A DNA stretch of 34,879 bases, taken from NCBI GenBank assembly GCA_035705335.1, contig DASSWD010000089.1:1-34879 (forward strand), given 5' to 3'. The notes beneath the pieces were generated by a model. It did not search any database. It had not been told where the DNA came from and worked only from the letters and a program-made list of their open reading frames with translations. A program made the translations under genes and the position numbers. Origin of the DNA: Marinobacter sp. Lineage in GTDB: Bacteria > Pseudomonadota > Gammaproteobacteria > Pseudomonadales > Oleiphilaceae. Of this stretch, positions 19,318-28,879 are shown piece after piece. Each line of letters opens with the position of its first letter. The stretch's first letter is position 1.

Positions 19318-20229
19318 TCATCCACCAGATTGATTGTCATGAAAGGTCAGCAGCTCCTCGGCACGCTGCGCCATCAGCCCGCGCAGGGCAACAGACTCAA
19401 ACTGCCGCTTGATGCGGATGGCGTAGAACTCTTCATAGACGCCGGGCAGGGCCCCGTAGTCCTTCAGAACGCCGTTGCGTAGTTCGTCGCGCACCACCAC
19501 CGGCGGCAATACCGCGAAATGACCGCTGTCCCGGGTGAGCAGCCGCATCATCGCCATGTCGTCCACTTCGGCCATGACGGTCGGACGGATCTGGTGCACT
19601 TCGCATAGTTGATCAAAGGCTTGCCGGATGTTGTTGTCCGGCCCGGGCAAAATCAGCGCCTCGGTGCTGAGCAGTTCCAGAAAGGGGGTATTGTCCGGCA
19701 CGCCGGGCGGGCCGATTATGCTGACCGACTGCCGGGCAATCCGGCGGGACCGCCAGGGGTTCTGCTCGTCTCCACGCACCGGCTGGTTGGCAAGAATCAG
19801 GTCCAGCCGGTGGCCGGACAACCGCCGTAGCAGGTCGTCAAGGGTGCCGCTTTGCAGTTTCAGGTCCAGATCCTGACGGCCCAGCAAAGGCTTCAGAAAA
19901 CCTTCCTGAAAGTTCCGGGACAGGGTGGCGACGGCGCCAATCCGGAGGGTTTCCCGCCGGGTCTGCACACCTGAGCGAAACAGGGCTTCCAGTTCCTGGC
20001 CCTGCCGAAAGATTTCCTCGGCGTAGGTGAAGGCAACGCGGCCCGCCTCGGACAATCGTAAACCCCGACCCTCGCGGATAAACAGGTCGTAGCCCAGGCT
20101 TTCCTCCAGCTTGCGTATCTGGCCCGACAGCGCGGACTGTGAGACATGCAGCGACTCGGCCGCTTTGGTCAGGTGACCCGTGCGGGCCACGGTCCAGAAG
20201 TAGTAGAGGTGATGGTAATTCAGTCGCAT
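19318..20229 (-). CDS. LysR family transcriptional regulator (NhaR-like), divergent from dabBA
   Basis: MRLNYHHLYYFW...AAESLHVSQSALSGQIRKLEE HTH and AEVDDMAMMRLL. Start placed at ATG 20229; the ORF track gives 20238. Confidence 0.92.
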   Translation of the reverse strand: MRLNYHHLYYFWTVARTGHLTKAAESLHVSQSALSGQIRKLEESLGYDLFIREGRGLRLSEAGRVAFTYAEEIFRQGQELEALFRSGVQTRRETLRIGAVATLSRNFQEGFLKPLLGRQDLDLKLQSGTLDDLLRRLSGHRLDLILANQPVRGDEQNPWRSRRIARQSVSIIGPPGVPDNTPFLELLSTEALILPGPDNNIRQAFDQLCEVHQIRPTVMAEVDDMAMMRLLTRDSGHFAVLPPVVVRDELRNGVLKDYGALPGVYEEFYAIRIKRQFESVALRGLMAQRAEELLTFHDNQSGG

Positions 20230-20240
20230 AGTGACCAACA

Positions 20241-20257
20241 GTTCTCTTTAAGTGAAC
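20241..20257. promoter_or_regulatory. Putative LysR recognition site (T-N11-A dyad)
   Basis: GTTC-N9-GAAC with T20243-N11-A20255, in the AT-rich divergent intergenic region between lysR and dabB. Confidence 0.55.
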
Positions 20258-20332
20258 GATACGATCTTTATAAACCATTTTATCTATGATTTCGTCAAGG
20301 GCATAGTAGCGCCAAACCGGAAGGAGCCTGCT

Positions 20333-21931
20333 ATGACCCTATTTGAAACCGTTCTGTCACACGCCTTGCTGGCCATCTGGCTGGCATTGCCACTGTCACT
20401 GCTACTGCTGGCGGGGCTGGCAAGCTGGACCCGATCTGACAAGCGCCTGACCTCTGCCTGGAACGCGGCTGAGCGCCTGTTCATCGCCGGGCTGCCGCTC
20501 TCAGCGGTGGTCGGAATCTATCTGATGTTTGCGCCTCAGAACCTCGCTGTCGCCGGCTCTTCCCTCGGGGTGTACCCCAGCGGACTGGCCGTGTGGATGG
20601 CGTTGATGGTGGGTTTCATCGCCTGGGTCATTCTCCGATACGCCCGGGATTACCTGCGTGCCGACCCGGGGTTCAGAACCTTCCTTCCGTGGTTCCTGAG
20701 CACCGTTGCCAGCGTGCTGGTGCTGGTGCTGACCGATCATCTTCTAGTGCTCGCCGGTGCCTGGATTGGGGTGAGCCTGTCGCTGCACCAACTGCTCACT
20801 CTCTACCCGGAGCGCCGTCAGGCGCGCCTGGCGGCCGTTCAGAAGTTCATCGCCAGCCGGCTGGGTGACCTGGCAATTGTTTCCGCGGTGGTGCTGATCT
20901 GGCAACACTACGGCACTTTCCGGATTCCCGAGCTGTACACGCTGGCAGCCGCCAGCCCCGCCCAATCAGAAACACTGACCTATGCGTCCGTCTTGCTGGC
21001 CATCGCAGCAGCTCTCAAATGCGCGCAGATTCCATTCCATGGCTGGCTGATTCGGGTGATGGAAGCGCCCACGCCGGTTTCGGCGCTGCTGCACGCCGGC
21101 GTTATCAACCTGGGTGGATTTCTCTGGCTGCGCCTGTTCCCGGTGTTTGACGGCTTCACTGCCGGCCATTTCCTGCTGTTGTTGGTTGGCGGCATTACCG
21201 CGCTGGTGGCGGTGTTTACCATGATGGCACAGACCTCCGTCAAGCATTCTCTGGTGTGGTCAACCAACGCCCAGATGGGTTTCATGCTGTTCGAGATCGG
21301 GCTGGGTGCCTACACCCTGGCGTTCCTTCATCTGCTGGCGCACTCGCTGTACAAGGCGCATTCCTTCCTGGCAGCCGGCCGCACCGTGAAGGTGTCCGCC
21401 GTCCGGTTCGGGGGCAGGGTAAGCAAAACATCCCTTACTCTCGCGCTGCTGTGCGCGGCCATCGCGGGTGCGCTACTGTGGCAGTTCCCGGGGCTGGTGG
21501 AAAATCAGCCAGTGCTGGGTGCTTTGCTGGTCATGGCGGTCGCAGCCGCAGCCCTGGGTACCCCCGGTGTCAGCCCACTCCAGACCAAAGTGCTGGCAAG
21601 CGGTATGGCGCTGGCTCTGGTGCCTATTTACGCCGCGTTGCACGGGCTGGTCGGCCCGGCATTGCCAGAATCGGGTGCCTTTGCACTGCCGTTCAATGCG
21701 GCCATCGCTGCCTGGATGATTGTCGCCCTTCTGGGAGTGTGGTCGCTGGCGGTTTTGCTGGTGCCGGGCGCCGACTGGATGGCTCGCCTGCACTGGCCGG
21801 CCAGTCAGGGTTTCTACATGGACCGCCCGTTTGAGCGATTCACCCGCTTCTGGGCCCAGCGCTGGCTGGCGCCAACTTCGAGCCCAACGGATCATCCCAT
21901 CTATCGGTTGTCTTCAGGAGAACATTCATGA
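20333..21931 (+). CDS. dabB: DabB/MpsA-type NuoL-like proton-translocating membrane subunit of an inorganic carbon transporter
   Basis: NuoL/MrpA-like motifs KCAQIPFHGWL--MEAPTPVSALLHAG, ST-AQMGFM and HLLAHSLYKAHSFL; AAGGAG RBS at 20321-20326; ATGA-coupled to a DUF2309 gene; no other nuo genes present. Confidence 0.88.
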   Translation: MTLFETVLSHALLAIWLALPLSLLLLAGLASWTRSDKRLTSAWNAAERLFIAGLPLSAVVGIYLMFAPQNLAVAGSSLGVYPSGLAVWMALMVGFIAWVILRYARDYLRADPGFRTFLPWFLSTVASVLVLVLTDHLLVLAGAWIGVSLSLHQLLTLYPERRQARLAAVQKFIASRLGDLAIVSAVVLIWQHYGTFRIPELYTLAAASPAQSETLTYASVLLAIAAALKCAQIPFHGWLIRVMEAPTPVSALLHAGVINLGGFLWLRLFPVFDGFTAGHFLLLLVGGITALVAVFTMMAQTSVKHSLVWSTNAQMGFMLFEIGLGAYTLAFLHLLAHSLYKAHSFLAAGRTVKVSAVRFGGRVSKTSLTLALLCAAIAGALLWQFPGLVENQPVLGALLVMAVAAAALGTPGVSPLQTKVLASGMALALVPIYAALHGLVGPALPESGAFALPFNAAIAAWMIVALLGVWSLAVLLVPGADWMARLHWPASQGFYMDRPFERFTRFWAQRWLAPTSSPTDHPIYRLSSGEHS

Positions 21932-24357
21932 CGGCGTCTGCCCCCGTGACCGGAACCGACACTCACGCCACCGAATCCACGCTGGCAGCAGCCTGCGAAC
22001 GCATTGCGCCGGTGTGGCCCCTGGACCGCTGGATTGCGGTGAATCCCTGGTGGGGGCTGCGCCAGCAGCCGATGGCCCAGGCCAGCCAGTTACTGCAGAA
22101 GCAGGGGTCCGTTGGCTTACTGATGCCGCCGGAATTCTACCGGGATGCCTGGCAGAGCGGTCGCATTGAGGCGACGGATCTGGAAGCGGCTGCCCGGGAA
22201 GCCGGAATAGCGGCATCAAACGGCGAAGTAGAAAGCCTGGCCATGGGATGGCTCAATCGCCCCCGGCCAATCGGGGCGTCGATCATGAGTGCCGTGGCTA
22301 CCTTGACGGTAACCGGGGGCGATCCGCTGGAGCAGAAGCTGCGCGAGCAATTGGGCGCCCTCTGTGCTCAGTTCTTCGATCAGCGCCAGGCCCGCTGGAA
22401 AAAAGGCAATACCGGCGAAACCCTTTACGCGTACTGGCATCGGAGCGGCTTGCCCGCGCTCAAGGGGCTTTTGCCTGCAAACCTCGGCAAAATCGCAAAA
22501 GCCATTCCCGATCAGTGGCCGGCCGCCGCCGGGCAGATGGCGGCGGCGCTCAACCTGACCGAATCGCAAGTCACACACCTGAGCCATCATTTGCTGCTCA
22601 AGCTCCTCGGCTGGGCGTCCTGGTGCCGGGGTGAGGACTGGCGTGCCGGCCTGACGGGTGCGCCTCTGGGGCACACACAGTCGCTGGCCGGAATCTGGCT
22701 GGTCAGCGAATGGCTGGCATTGCAGGCTCTGCCGGAACGGGATCAAAGCCGAATCCGGGAAAGCTGGCAGCCGGTGGATCAGATTACCCTGAACACTCAG
22801 CCCGAGGGACTCTGGATCTGGCAGCGCGCCTACGAACACGCATGGCAGCGCCGTTTTTTTGCCGAGCTGAACACCGGGGAGACGACAGTCACGTCCAAAA
22901 CCACGGTGCGGCCCGAAGTCCAGGCCGCTTTCTGCATTGACGTGCGCTCAGAGGTCTTCCGCCGGCACTTTGAATCGGAATATCCGGAGGCCCGCACTTC
23001 CGGCGTTGCCGGCTTTTTCGGCATGCCGGTGGCCCACTGTAGCCTCGGACCCAGTGATGACGAGCACCGGCTGCCGGGGCTGTTGGCGCCAGGCTACCGT
23101 TACATCGACACTACCGGTGACAGTGAGCGGGACCGCACCCTGAACCGGGAACTGGACCGCAAGGAACAACTGCGGGAATCGGTACGCCGGGCCAAGTATT
23201 CCAGCCTGTCGACCTTCACGCTGGTGGAGACCACCGGACTGGCGTGGGTCAGCAAGCTGATCAAAGACAGCCTACACAAGCGCAAACCACGGACCAACGA
23301 CGACGTCAAGGAAGGCCGGCTGCACCACCTGCTGGGCGGGGACCCGGTGGCCGATCCGGAACGGGTGAAACTGGCCGAGGGCCTGCTGAGAACCCTGTCA
23401 CTCACCGGTAATTTCGCCAGCGTTCTGCTGATGGTGGGCCACGGTTCGCAAACCGACAATAACCCCAATGAAGCCGGCCTGGCCTGCGGGGCCTGCGGAG
23501 GCAAGAACGGCGGCATCAATGCCCGGGTAGCCGCGGAGCTGCTGAACGACCGCCTGGTGCGGGCCGGCCTGGCAGAACGTGGCATCGTTTTGCCAGAGAG
23601 CACCCTGGTGCTTGCGGCGGAGCACAATACCGTGATCGATACCGTCACGCTGCTGGATACCGGCGTGATTCCACAAAGCCACCGGGCGATTGTGGAGCGC
23701 CTGAAAGAGCGGCTGGACAGCGCAGGCCAGGCCTGTCGCCGGGAACGGGCGACCACTCTGAAACTGAACGGTCTGAACGATGACGAACTCGAAGAAGCGA
23801 TGACGCTGCGCACCCGTAACTGGGCAGAAGTTCGGCCGGAATGGGGCCTGGCCAACAATGCTGCATTGATCATCGCGCCCCGTGAGCGTACCCGTGGCGT
23901 AAACCTGGCCGGGCGTAGTTTCCTGCACGACTACGACCCGTCCCTGGACGATGACGGCCAGGTACTGCACGGGCTGATGAATGCGCCCATGGTGGTGGCG
24001 AACTGGATCAACTTGCAGTACTACGCGTCAGTGGTGCAGCCGCAGGTGTATGGTGCCGGCAACAAACTGCTGCACAGCGTGGTGGGCGGCAACATCGGTA
24101 TGATCGAAGGTAACGGCATCGACCTGCGCATCGGGCTGCCGGTCCAGTCGGTGCACGACGGCGAGCGCTGGCGTCATGAACCCCAGCGGTTAACCGTGAT
24201 CATTGATGCCCCGGCAGAGCGGATTGAGACGATACTGGTCAACAGCCCTGATGTTCGGGCTCTGGTAGACAACCAGTGGCTTTACCTGTGCCGGTTCACA
24301 GAGCAGGGCGTGGCCCGCTACGATCAGGGTGAATGGTGCCCGACGGTCAGTACCTGA
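21928..24357 (+). CDS. dabA: DabA/MpsB (DUF2309/YbcC) beta-carbonic-anhydrase-like subunit
   Basis: [13 protein letters not shown]; Zn ligands FCIDVRSE (Cys, Asp), GHGS (His) and CGACGG (Cys); [42 protein letters not shown]. Confidence 0.92.
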   Translation: MTASAPVTGTDTHATESTLAAACERIAPVWPLDRWIAVNPWWGLRQQPMAQASQLLQKQGSVGLLMPPEFYRDAWQSGRIEATDLEAAAREAGIAASNGEVESLAMGWLNRPRPIGASIMSAVATLTVTGGDPLEQKLREQLGALCAQFFDQRQARWKKGNTGETLYAYWHRSGLPALKGLLPANLGKIAKAIPDQWPAAAGQMAAALNLTESQVTHLSHHLLLKLLGWASWCRGEDWRAGLTGAPLGHTQSLAGIWLVSEWLALQALPERDQSRIRESWQPVDQITLNTQPEGLWIWQRAYEHAWQRRFFAELNTGETTVTSKTTVRPEVQAAFCIDVRSEVFRRHFESEYPEARTSGVAGFFGMPVAHCSLGPSDDEHRLPGLLAPGYRYIDTTGDSERDRTLNRELDRKEQLRESVRRAKYSSLSTFTLVETTGLAWVSKLIKDSLHKRKPRTNDDVKEGRLHHLLGGDPVADPERVKLAEGLLRTLSLTGNFASVLLMVGHGSQTDNNPNEAGLACGACGGKNGGINARVAAELLNDRLVRAGLAERGIVLPESTLVLAAEHNTVIDTVTLLDTGVIPQSHRAIVERLKERLDSAGQACRRERATTLKLNGLNDDELEEAMTLRTRNWAEVRPEWGLANNAALIIAPRERTRGVNLAGRSFLHDYDPSLDDDGQVLHGLMNAPMVVANWINLQYYASVVQPQVYGAGNKLLHSVVGGNIGMIEGNGIDLRIGLPVQSVHDGERWRHEPQRLTVIIDAPAERIETILVNSPDVRALVDNQWLYLCRFTEQGVARYDQGEWCPTVST

Positions 24358-25315
24358 GCAGCGCGGAGCCCCAGGTGAAGCCGCCACCGAAGGCCTCCAG
24401 CAGCACCACCTGACCACGCTGGATACGGCCGTCCCGGACGGCTTCATCCAGCGCCAGCGGGATAGACGCCGCGGAGGTGTTGCCGTGCCGGTTGACGGTG
24501 ACGACGACCTGATCCATCGGCATGCTGAGTTTGCGGGCGGTGGCGGCAATAATTCTCAGGTTGGCCTGGTGTGGTACCAGCCAGTCAATCTCGGATTTTT
24601 GCATCGAATTGGCTTCCAGGGTCTCGTCGACAATCCTGCCCAATGTGTTGACCGCGATTTTGAACACCTCGTTGCCCTTCATCTCCACAAAGGCACCACC
24701 AGCTTTCACCACGTCGAACTGATTGGCAATACCGCAGGGCACGTGCAGCAACTCTTCATAGCGGCCATCGGCGTGCAGGTGAGTCGACAGCACGCCGGTT
24801 TCCTCGTTCGCTTCCAGAATCACCGCGCCGGCGCCATCACCGAACAGGACGCAGGTGGTACGGTCGTCCCAGTTCAGGATGCGGGAGAACACTTCAGCAC
24901 CAATCACCAGGGCCTTTTTGCTGGCGCCGGTCTTGATGAACTTTTCGGCCGTGGCCAGTGCGTAGACAAAACCGGAGCACACCGCCTGGATATCAAATGC
25001 GGGGCAGTCACGAATCCCCAGGCGAGCCTGCAGAATACAGGCACAGCTGGGGAATACCTTGTCCGGGGTCGTGGTGGCAAACACGATCAGGTCGATGTCG
25101 GTGGCATCAATGCCCGCGGCTTCGATGGCCCGAAGAGAGGCCTGCTCCGCCAGGTCCACGGTGGTTTGGCCGGGCAGGGCAATGTGACGCTGCTCAATGC
25201 CGGTGCGTTCACGAATCCACTGGTCAGAGGTATTCACCCGCTTTTCCAGATCCTGATTGGTGACGATGTTATCCGGCAGATACGAGCCGGTTCCGGCAAT
25301 ACGTGCAAATGTCAT
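24347..25315 (-). CDS. fabH: Beta-ketoacyl-ACP synthase III
   Basis: [17 protein letters not shown], catalytic triad AVCSGF / VPHQAN / [23 protein letters not shown]. Confidence 0.95.
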   Translation of the reverse strand: MTFARIAGTGSYLPDNIVTNQDLEKRVNTSDQWIRERTGIEQRHIALPGQTTVDLAEQASLRAIEAAGIDATDIDLIVFATTTPDKVFPSCACILQARLGIRDCPAFDIQAVCSGFVYALATAEKFIKTGASKKALVIGAEVFSRILNWDDRTTCVLFGDGAGAVILEANEETGVLSTHLHADGRYEELLHVPCGIANQFDVVKAGGAFVEMKGNEVFKIAVNTLGRIVDETLEANSMQKSEIDWLVPHQANLRIIAATARKLSMPMDQVVVTVNRHGNTSAASIPLALDEAVRDGRIQRGQVVLLEAFGGGFTWGSALLRY

Positions 25316-25399
25316 GGGCTTTTGTCCCGGGTCAGTGCGAATACAGTAGACCCATGCTAACCCTTTGCAACCGGGTTGGTTATTAGCGGATTGTCAAAG

Positions 25400-25425
25400 G
25401 CCGCCCGGCAACAGGACCGGGCGGC
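25400..25425 (-). terminator. GC-rich hairpin, probable terminator of the ADH gene
   Basis: Perfect 9-bp stem GCCGCCCGG/CCGGGCGGC with an 8-nt loop, about 40 bp after the ADH stop. The minus-strand tail is only CTTTG, which is weak. Confidence 0.5.
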
Positions 25426-25466
25426 GGGAGGGAGGTTTAACGCAGGTTCAAAGCCCCTGGGCGATA

Positions 25467-26522
25467 TCAGCTCTGTTTCAGGGTGTTCATATCAATCACG
25501 AAGCGGTACTTCACGTCGCCTTTTTTCATGCGCTCATAGGCTTCGTTGATGTTGCGGATATCGAGCATTTCCACATCGCAGGTGATGTCGTGCTCGGCAC
25601 AGAAATCCAGCACTTCCTGGGTTTCCGGCATGCCACCGATCAGGGAGCCGGCCAGTACCCGGCGCTTTCCAACCAGCAGGCCCGCCTGAAGGGCCGGTTC
25701 TACCGGGGTCAGCAGACCCACCAGAATATGGGTGCCGTCGTACTTCAGGCACTTGAGGTACGGGTTCAGGTCGTGGGCCACCGGCACGGTATCCAGCAGG
25801 AAATCAAAGGAATCGGCCGCCGCTTTCATCTGCTCCTTGTCGGTGGAGATGATCACGTGGTCCGCGCCCTGTTTCTTCGCCTCGCTGACCTTGCTCTCTG
25901 AGCGGGTGAAAATGGTGACTTCCGCGCCCATGGCCTTGGCGAATTTCACGCCCATGTGGCCCAGGCCACCCATGCCAACAACGCCCACTTTGTGGCCTTT
26001 GCCCACCTTGAAATGGCGAAGCGGGGAGTAGGTCGTGATGCCGGCACACAGAATCGGTGCGGCCGAGGCCGGGTCCAGCTTCTCCGGAACCCGAACCACA
26101 AACCGGTCGCTGACTACGATCTGGGTAGAGTAGCCGCCGAATGTGACAGAGCCGTCGTGACGGTCGACGCCGTTGTAGGTGCCGGTCATGCCCTCGAAAC
26201 AGTATTGCTCGAGGCCGTCGTGGCAGGCCGAGCAGGTACGGCAGCTGTCGACCATGCAGCCCACGCCGACCAGATCACCTACCTTGTAGGCTTTAACGTC
26301 GGGGCCGACCTTGGTGACGCGGCCGATGATTTCGTGGCCTGGGACAACCGGGAACTCGGAATTACCCCAGTCGTTCTCGGCAAAATGGATGTCGGTGTGG
26401 CATACACCGCAGTAATCGATCTCGATGGCGACGTCATCCGGGCGCAGTTCGCGGCGCTGGATGGAGTAGGGTGCCAGGCCCGAGGTGGGGCTGGTGGCAG
26501 CGTACGCTTTGGTGTTACCCAT
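25467..26522 (-). CDS. Zn-dependent NAD(P)H alcohol/aldehyde dehydrogenase (cinnamyl-ADH family)
   Basis: CGVCHTD, GHE, structural Zn C-x2-C-x2-C-x7-C, APILCAGIT, GMGGLG, DVKYRFVID. Start at ATG 26522 after AAAGGAG. Confidence 0.93.
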   Translation of the reverse strand: MGNTKAYAATSPTSGLAPYSIQRRELRPDDVAIEIDYCGVCHTDIHFAENDWGNSEFPVVPGHEIIGRVTKVGPDVKAYKVGDLVGVGCMVDSCRTCSACHDGLEQYCFEGMTGTYNGVDRHDGSVTFGGYSTQIVVSDRFVVRVPEKLDPASAAPILCAGITTYSPLRHFKVGKGHKVGVVGMGGLGHMGVKFAKAMGAEVTIFTRSESKVSEAKKQGADHVIISTDKEQMKAAADSFDFLLDTVPVAHDLNPYLKCLKYDGTHILVGLLTPVEPALQAGLLVGKRRVLAGSLIGGMPETQEVLDFCAEHDITCDVEMLDIRNINEAYERMKKGDVKYRFVIDMNTLKQS

Positions 26523-26589
26523 ATCTGTGCTCCTTTCTGATCGATGTCTTTCGATAGGTTGCACAGTACCCTACTGGTCAGGCGGCTGG

Positions 26590-27372
26590 CTAGATCAACC
26601 AGCCGAACAGAAAATCAAACAGACTGGCCAGGAAGCCGCTGCTTCGTTCTCTCGTCACAATCGCGGGGGGAACGGGCGCAGCGGTTGTCACGGCTGGCGG
26701 AGACTCAACGGTCATCGCTACTGCGGCGGCGTCTGGCCGAACCGGAGTCGAGGGGCCGGCACTGGTTGGCTCCGTTGGCAGTTGGCTGACGGGATCTTTC
26801 TCAACCTGCGCAATGATCTGTATGTCCTGCTCTTCCGGCTGGGGCGCCTGTTCTTCCGTTTCGGGGGGCTCCGTCATCGCGATATCCGGCTCTGGCGCGT
26901 TAACGGGCTCAGGTTGGGCAACCGGGACTGTCGGCTCGGCGGTGTCCACGGATCGCGTTGGCGGTTTCGTTGCGGGTTCAGGCTTTGATGGTGACGTGTC
27001 CGCCGCGGGCAGTCCAAGGGCCAGCCTTGCTGCTTTCGGGGAGTCCAGGTGGTTTTCCGAAATCGCCATGGCGGGCGAATAATGGATGCTCAGGGCGTCA
27101 AGGGTTCTGGCGTCTAAGGTGCCGTTGGCGGTCAGGTCTTCCTGGCTACTCTGGAACTGGCGAATGGCGGTGCGTAGTTGGCGGTCCATCCACCCGTCAG
27201 CCTGACCGATCTGGTAGCCGGCACCGTATAACGCATTTTCGGCCGCGTAGATAATGGAGGCGTTATCCGCAGCGTGGATCAGACCGGGCGCGCCCATCAG
27301 ATTGGCCAGGACGACAGCTGTCGTGATTTTTGGTGCTTTTGCTACTCTTATTCTTCTTCGGGTACAAGCCAT
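26590..27372 (-). CDS. Exported peptidoglycan-binding-domain protein with Pro/Glu/Thr-rich linker
   Basis: Signal peptide ending IHA|A; PG_binding_1-like LYGAGY-IGQADG---LRTAIRQFQ----LTANGTLD--TLDAL. Start at ATG 27372 after GGAGGG. Confidence 0.8.
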   Translation of the reverse strand: MACTRRRIRVAKAPKITTAVVLANLMGAPGLIHAADNASIIYAAENALYGAGYQIGQADGWMDRQLRTAIRQFQSSQEDLTANGTLDARTLDALSIHYSPAMAISENHLDSPKAARLALGLPAADTSPSKPEPATKPPTRSVDTAEPTVPVAQPEPVNAPEPDIAMTEPPETEEQAPQPEEQDIQIIAQVEKDPVSQLPTEPTSAGPSTPVRPDAAAVAMTVESPPAVTTAAPVPPAIVTRERSSGFLASLFDFLFGWLI

Positions 27373-27598
27373 GGCGATTCCCTCCGATTCGGGCGGTCCC
27401 TGTTTACATTCCGTTACGTTACCGCACAACGTATCAGGTATCGCAGGTCCAGGTTATGAAGTGGTTAACAGCTGGAACGTTTTACATTGAAAACCAGTGC
27501 CTGCGCGCGCCGGATGAACGTGTCTCAGGCCTTGCGATCAGTGGCGCGGGCAAGTACTGCCGGGTTATTATTGCTTCCTTCCTGACGACTGAAACACT

Positions 27599-28879
27599 AT
27601 GACCACCACCACGGCTTACCAGCAAAAACTGTTGAACCCGGTGTTGATTGCCGGATGCATCATTATTCTGGTGAGCTTCGCGGTTCGGGCCTCCTTCGGC
27701 CTGTTTCAACTGCCCATTGCCCTGGAGTTTGCCTGGCCGCGCGAGTCGTTTTCCCTGGCGATAGCCATTCAGAACCTGTTCTGGGGCATTGGCCAGCCTA
27801 TCTTCAGTGCCTTTGCCGAACGCTTTGGGGATCGCAAAGCGATCGTTGCCGGCGGCATCTGTTACATCATCGGGCTGGTGCTCTCGTCGTTTGCGGTCAC
27901 GCCAGGCCAGCATCAATGGCTTGAGATACTGGTCGGATTCGGCATCGCCGGTACCGGTTTCGGGGTCATTCTGGCGGTGGTGGGGCGGGCGGCTTCCGAC
28001 AAACACCGGTCGCTGACCCTGGGCATTGCCACGGCCGCGGGTTCGGCCGGCCAGATTGTGGGGCCCCCGGTGGTTCAGAGCCTGCTGGCCAACATGCCGT
28101 GGCAATCGGTGTTTGTCGCCTGCGCCGGCTTCATCGCGCTGTCCATGCTGGCGTTGTTGTTCCTGCGGGCACCGTTGCCCAAGAAGCCGACGGTCACGGA
28201 AGACAGCATGGGCACAGTATTAAAGCGCGCTGTTAAAGACCCCTCGTTTCTTCTTATTTTTATTGGCTTTTTCTCTTGCGGGTATCAGTTGGCATTCATT
28301 ACCGCACATTTTCCCGCGTTTATCACCGAAATGTGCGGACCGCTGACGCCAGACAGCCTGATTCACACTCTGGGCGTGACCAGCCTTTCGGCCCTGGGCG
28401 CAGCGTCGATTGCGTTGATCGGCCTGTTTAACATCGGCGGCACTCTGCTGGCCGGCTGGCTGGGCAACCACTTTTCGCGCAAATACCTGCTGGCGACCAT
28501 TTATGCATTGCGTACGGTCGTTGCTGCCGCGTTCATCATGCTGCCCATTACCCCGGAGTCGGTGGTGCTGTTCTCAATGGCAATGGGCAGTCTCTGGCTG
28601 GCCACCGTGCCACTGACTTCAGGCCTGGTGGCGCATATCTATGGGCTCCGCTACATGGGTACGCTCTATGGCCTGGTGTTCTTCTCACACCAGCTAGGTG
28701 GTTTTATGGGCGTGTGGCTGGGCGGCGCCATGTATGACATCCACAATAATTACACGCTGGTCTGGTGGATTGGTGTCGGTGTGGGTGCGTTGTCTGCAGT
28801 GGTTCACCTGCCGATCAAGGAGACGCCCTGGGCAGACCGGTCTCTGCGGCAACCGATCCTCTCTGGAGGAGCCTCTTGA
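27599..28879 (+). CDS. MFS transporter
   Basis: About 12 TM segments; MFS motif-A-like SAFAERFGDRK and GWLGNHFSRK; GFFSCGYQ, HQLGGF. Confidence 0.92.
   Translation: MTTTTAYQQKLLNPVLIAGCIIILVSFAVRASFGLFQLPIALEFAWPRESFSLAIAIQNLFWGIGQPIFSAFAERFGDRKAIVAGGICYIIGLVLSSFAVTPGQHQWLEILVGFGIAGTGFGVILAVVGRAASDKHRSLTLGIATAAGSAGQIVGPPVVQSLLANMPWQSVFVACAGFIALSMLALLFLRAPLPKKPTVTEDSMGTVLKRAVKDPSFLLIFIGFFSCGYQLAFITAHFPAFITEMCGPLTPDSLIHTLGVTSLSALGAASIALIGLFNIGGTLLAGWLGNHFSRKYLLATIYALRTVVAAAFIMLPITPESVVLFSMAMGSLWLATVPLTSGLVAHIYGLRYMGTLYGLVFFSHQLGGFMGVWLGGAMYDIHNNYTLVWWIGVGVGALSAVVHLPIKETPWADRSLRQPILSGGAS

Noticed and set aside
20333-21931. Respiratory complex I subunit NuoL or Mrp antiporter subunit
   Set aside because: No other nuo or mrp genes are present; coupling to DUF2309 identifies it as DabB/MpsA.
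15969-24357. Genomic island or mobile element
   Set aside because: No integrase, transposase, tRNA, flanking direct repeats or evident compositional shift; only circumstantial gene overlaps at the edges.
25343-25370. Possible fabH promoter TTGCAA-N16-TACTGT on the minus strand
   Set aside because: Plausible, but too degenerate to call without TSS data.
26583-26605. 7-bp hairpin CGGCTGG/CCAGCCG at the end of the PG-binding gene
   Set aside because: It spans the stop codon and has no U-tract, so it is not a convincing terminator.
27373-27598. Longest intergenic region, with short TTAC and CAGGT repeats; possible sRNA or array
   Set aside because: The repeats are short and irregular with no stable structure or spacer pattern; consistent with an ordinary divergent promoter region.
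28765-28878. N-terminal extension of the diguanylate cyclase containing a Cys cluster (WCRCGCVVC)
   Set aside because: It lies within the MFS coding sequence; the coupled ATG at 28879 with an RBS is the more plausible start.
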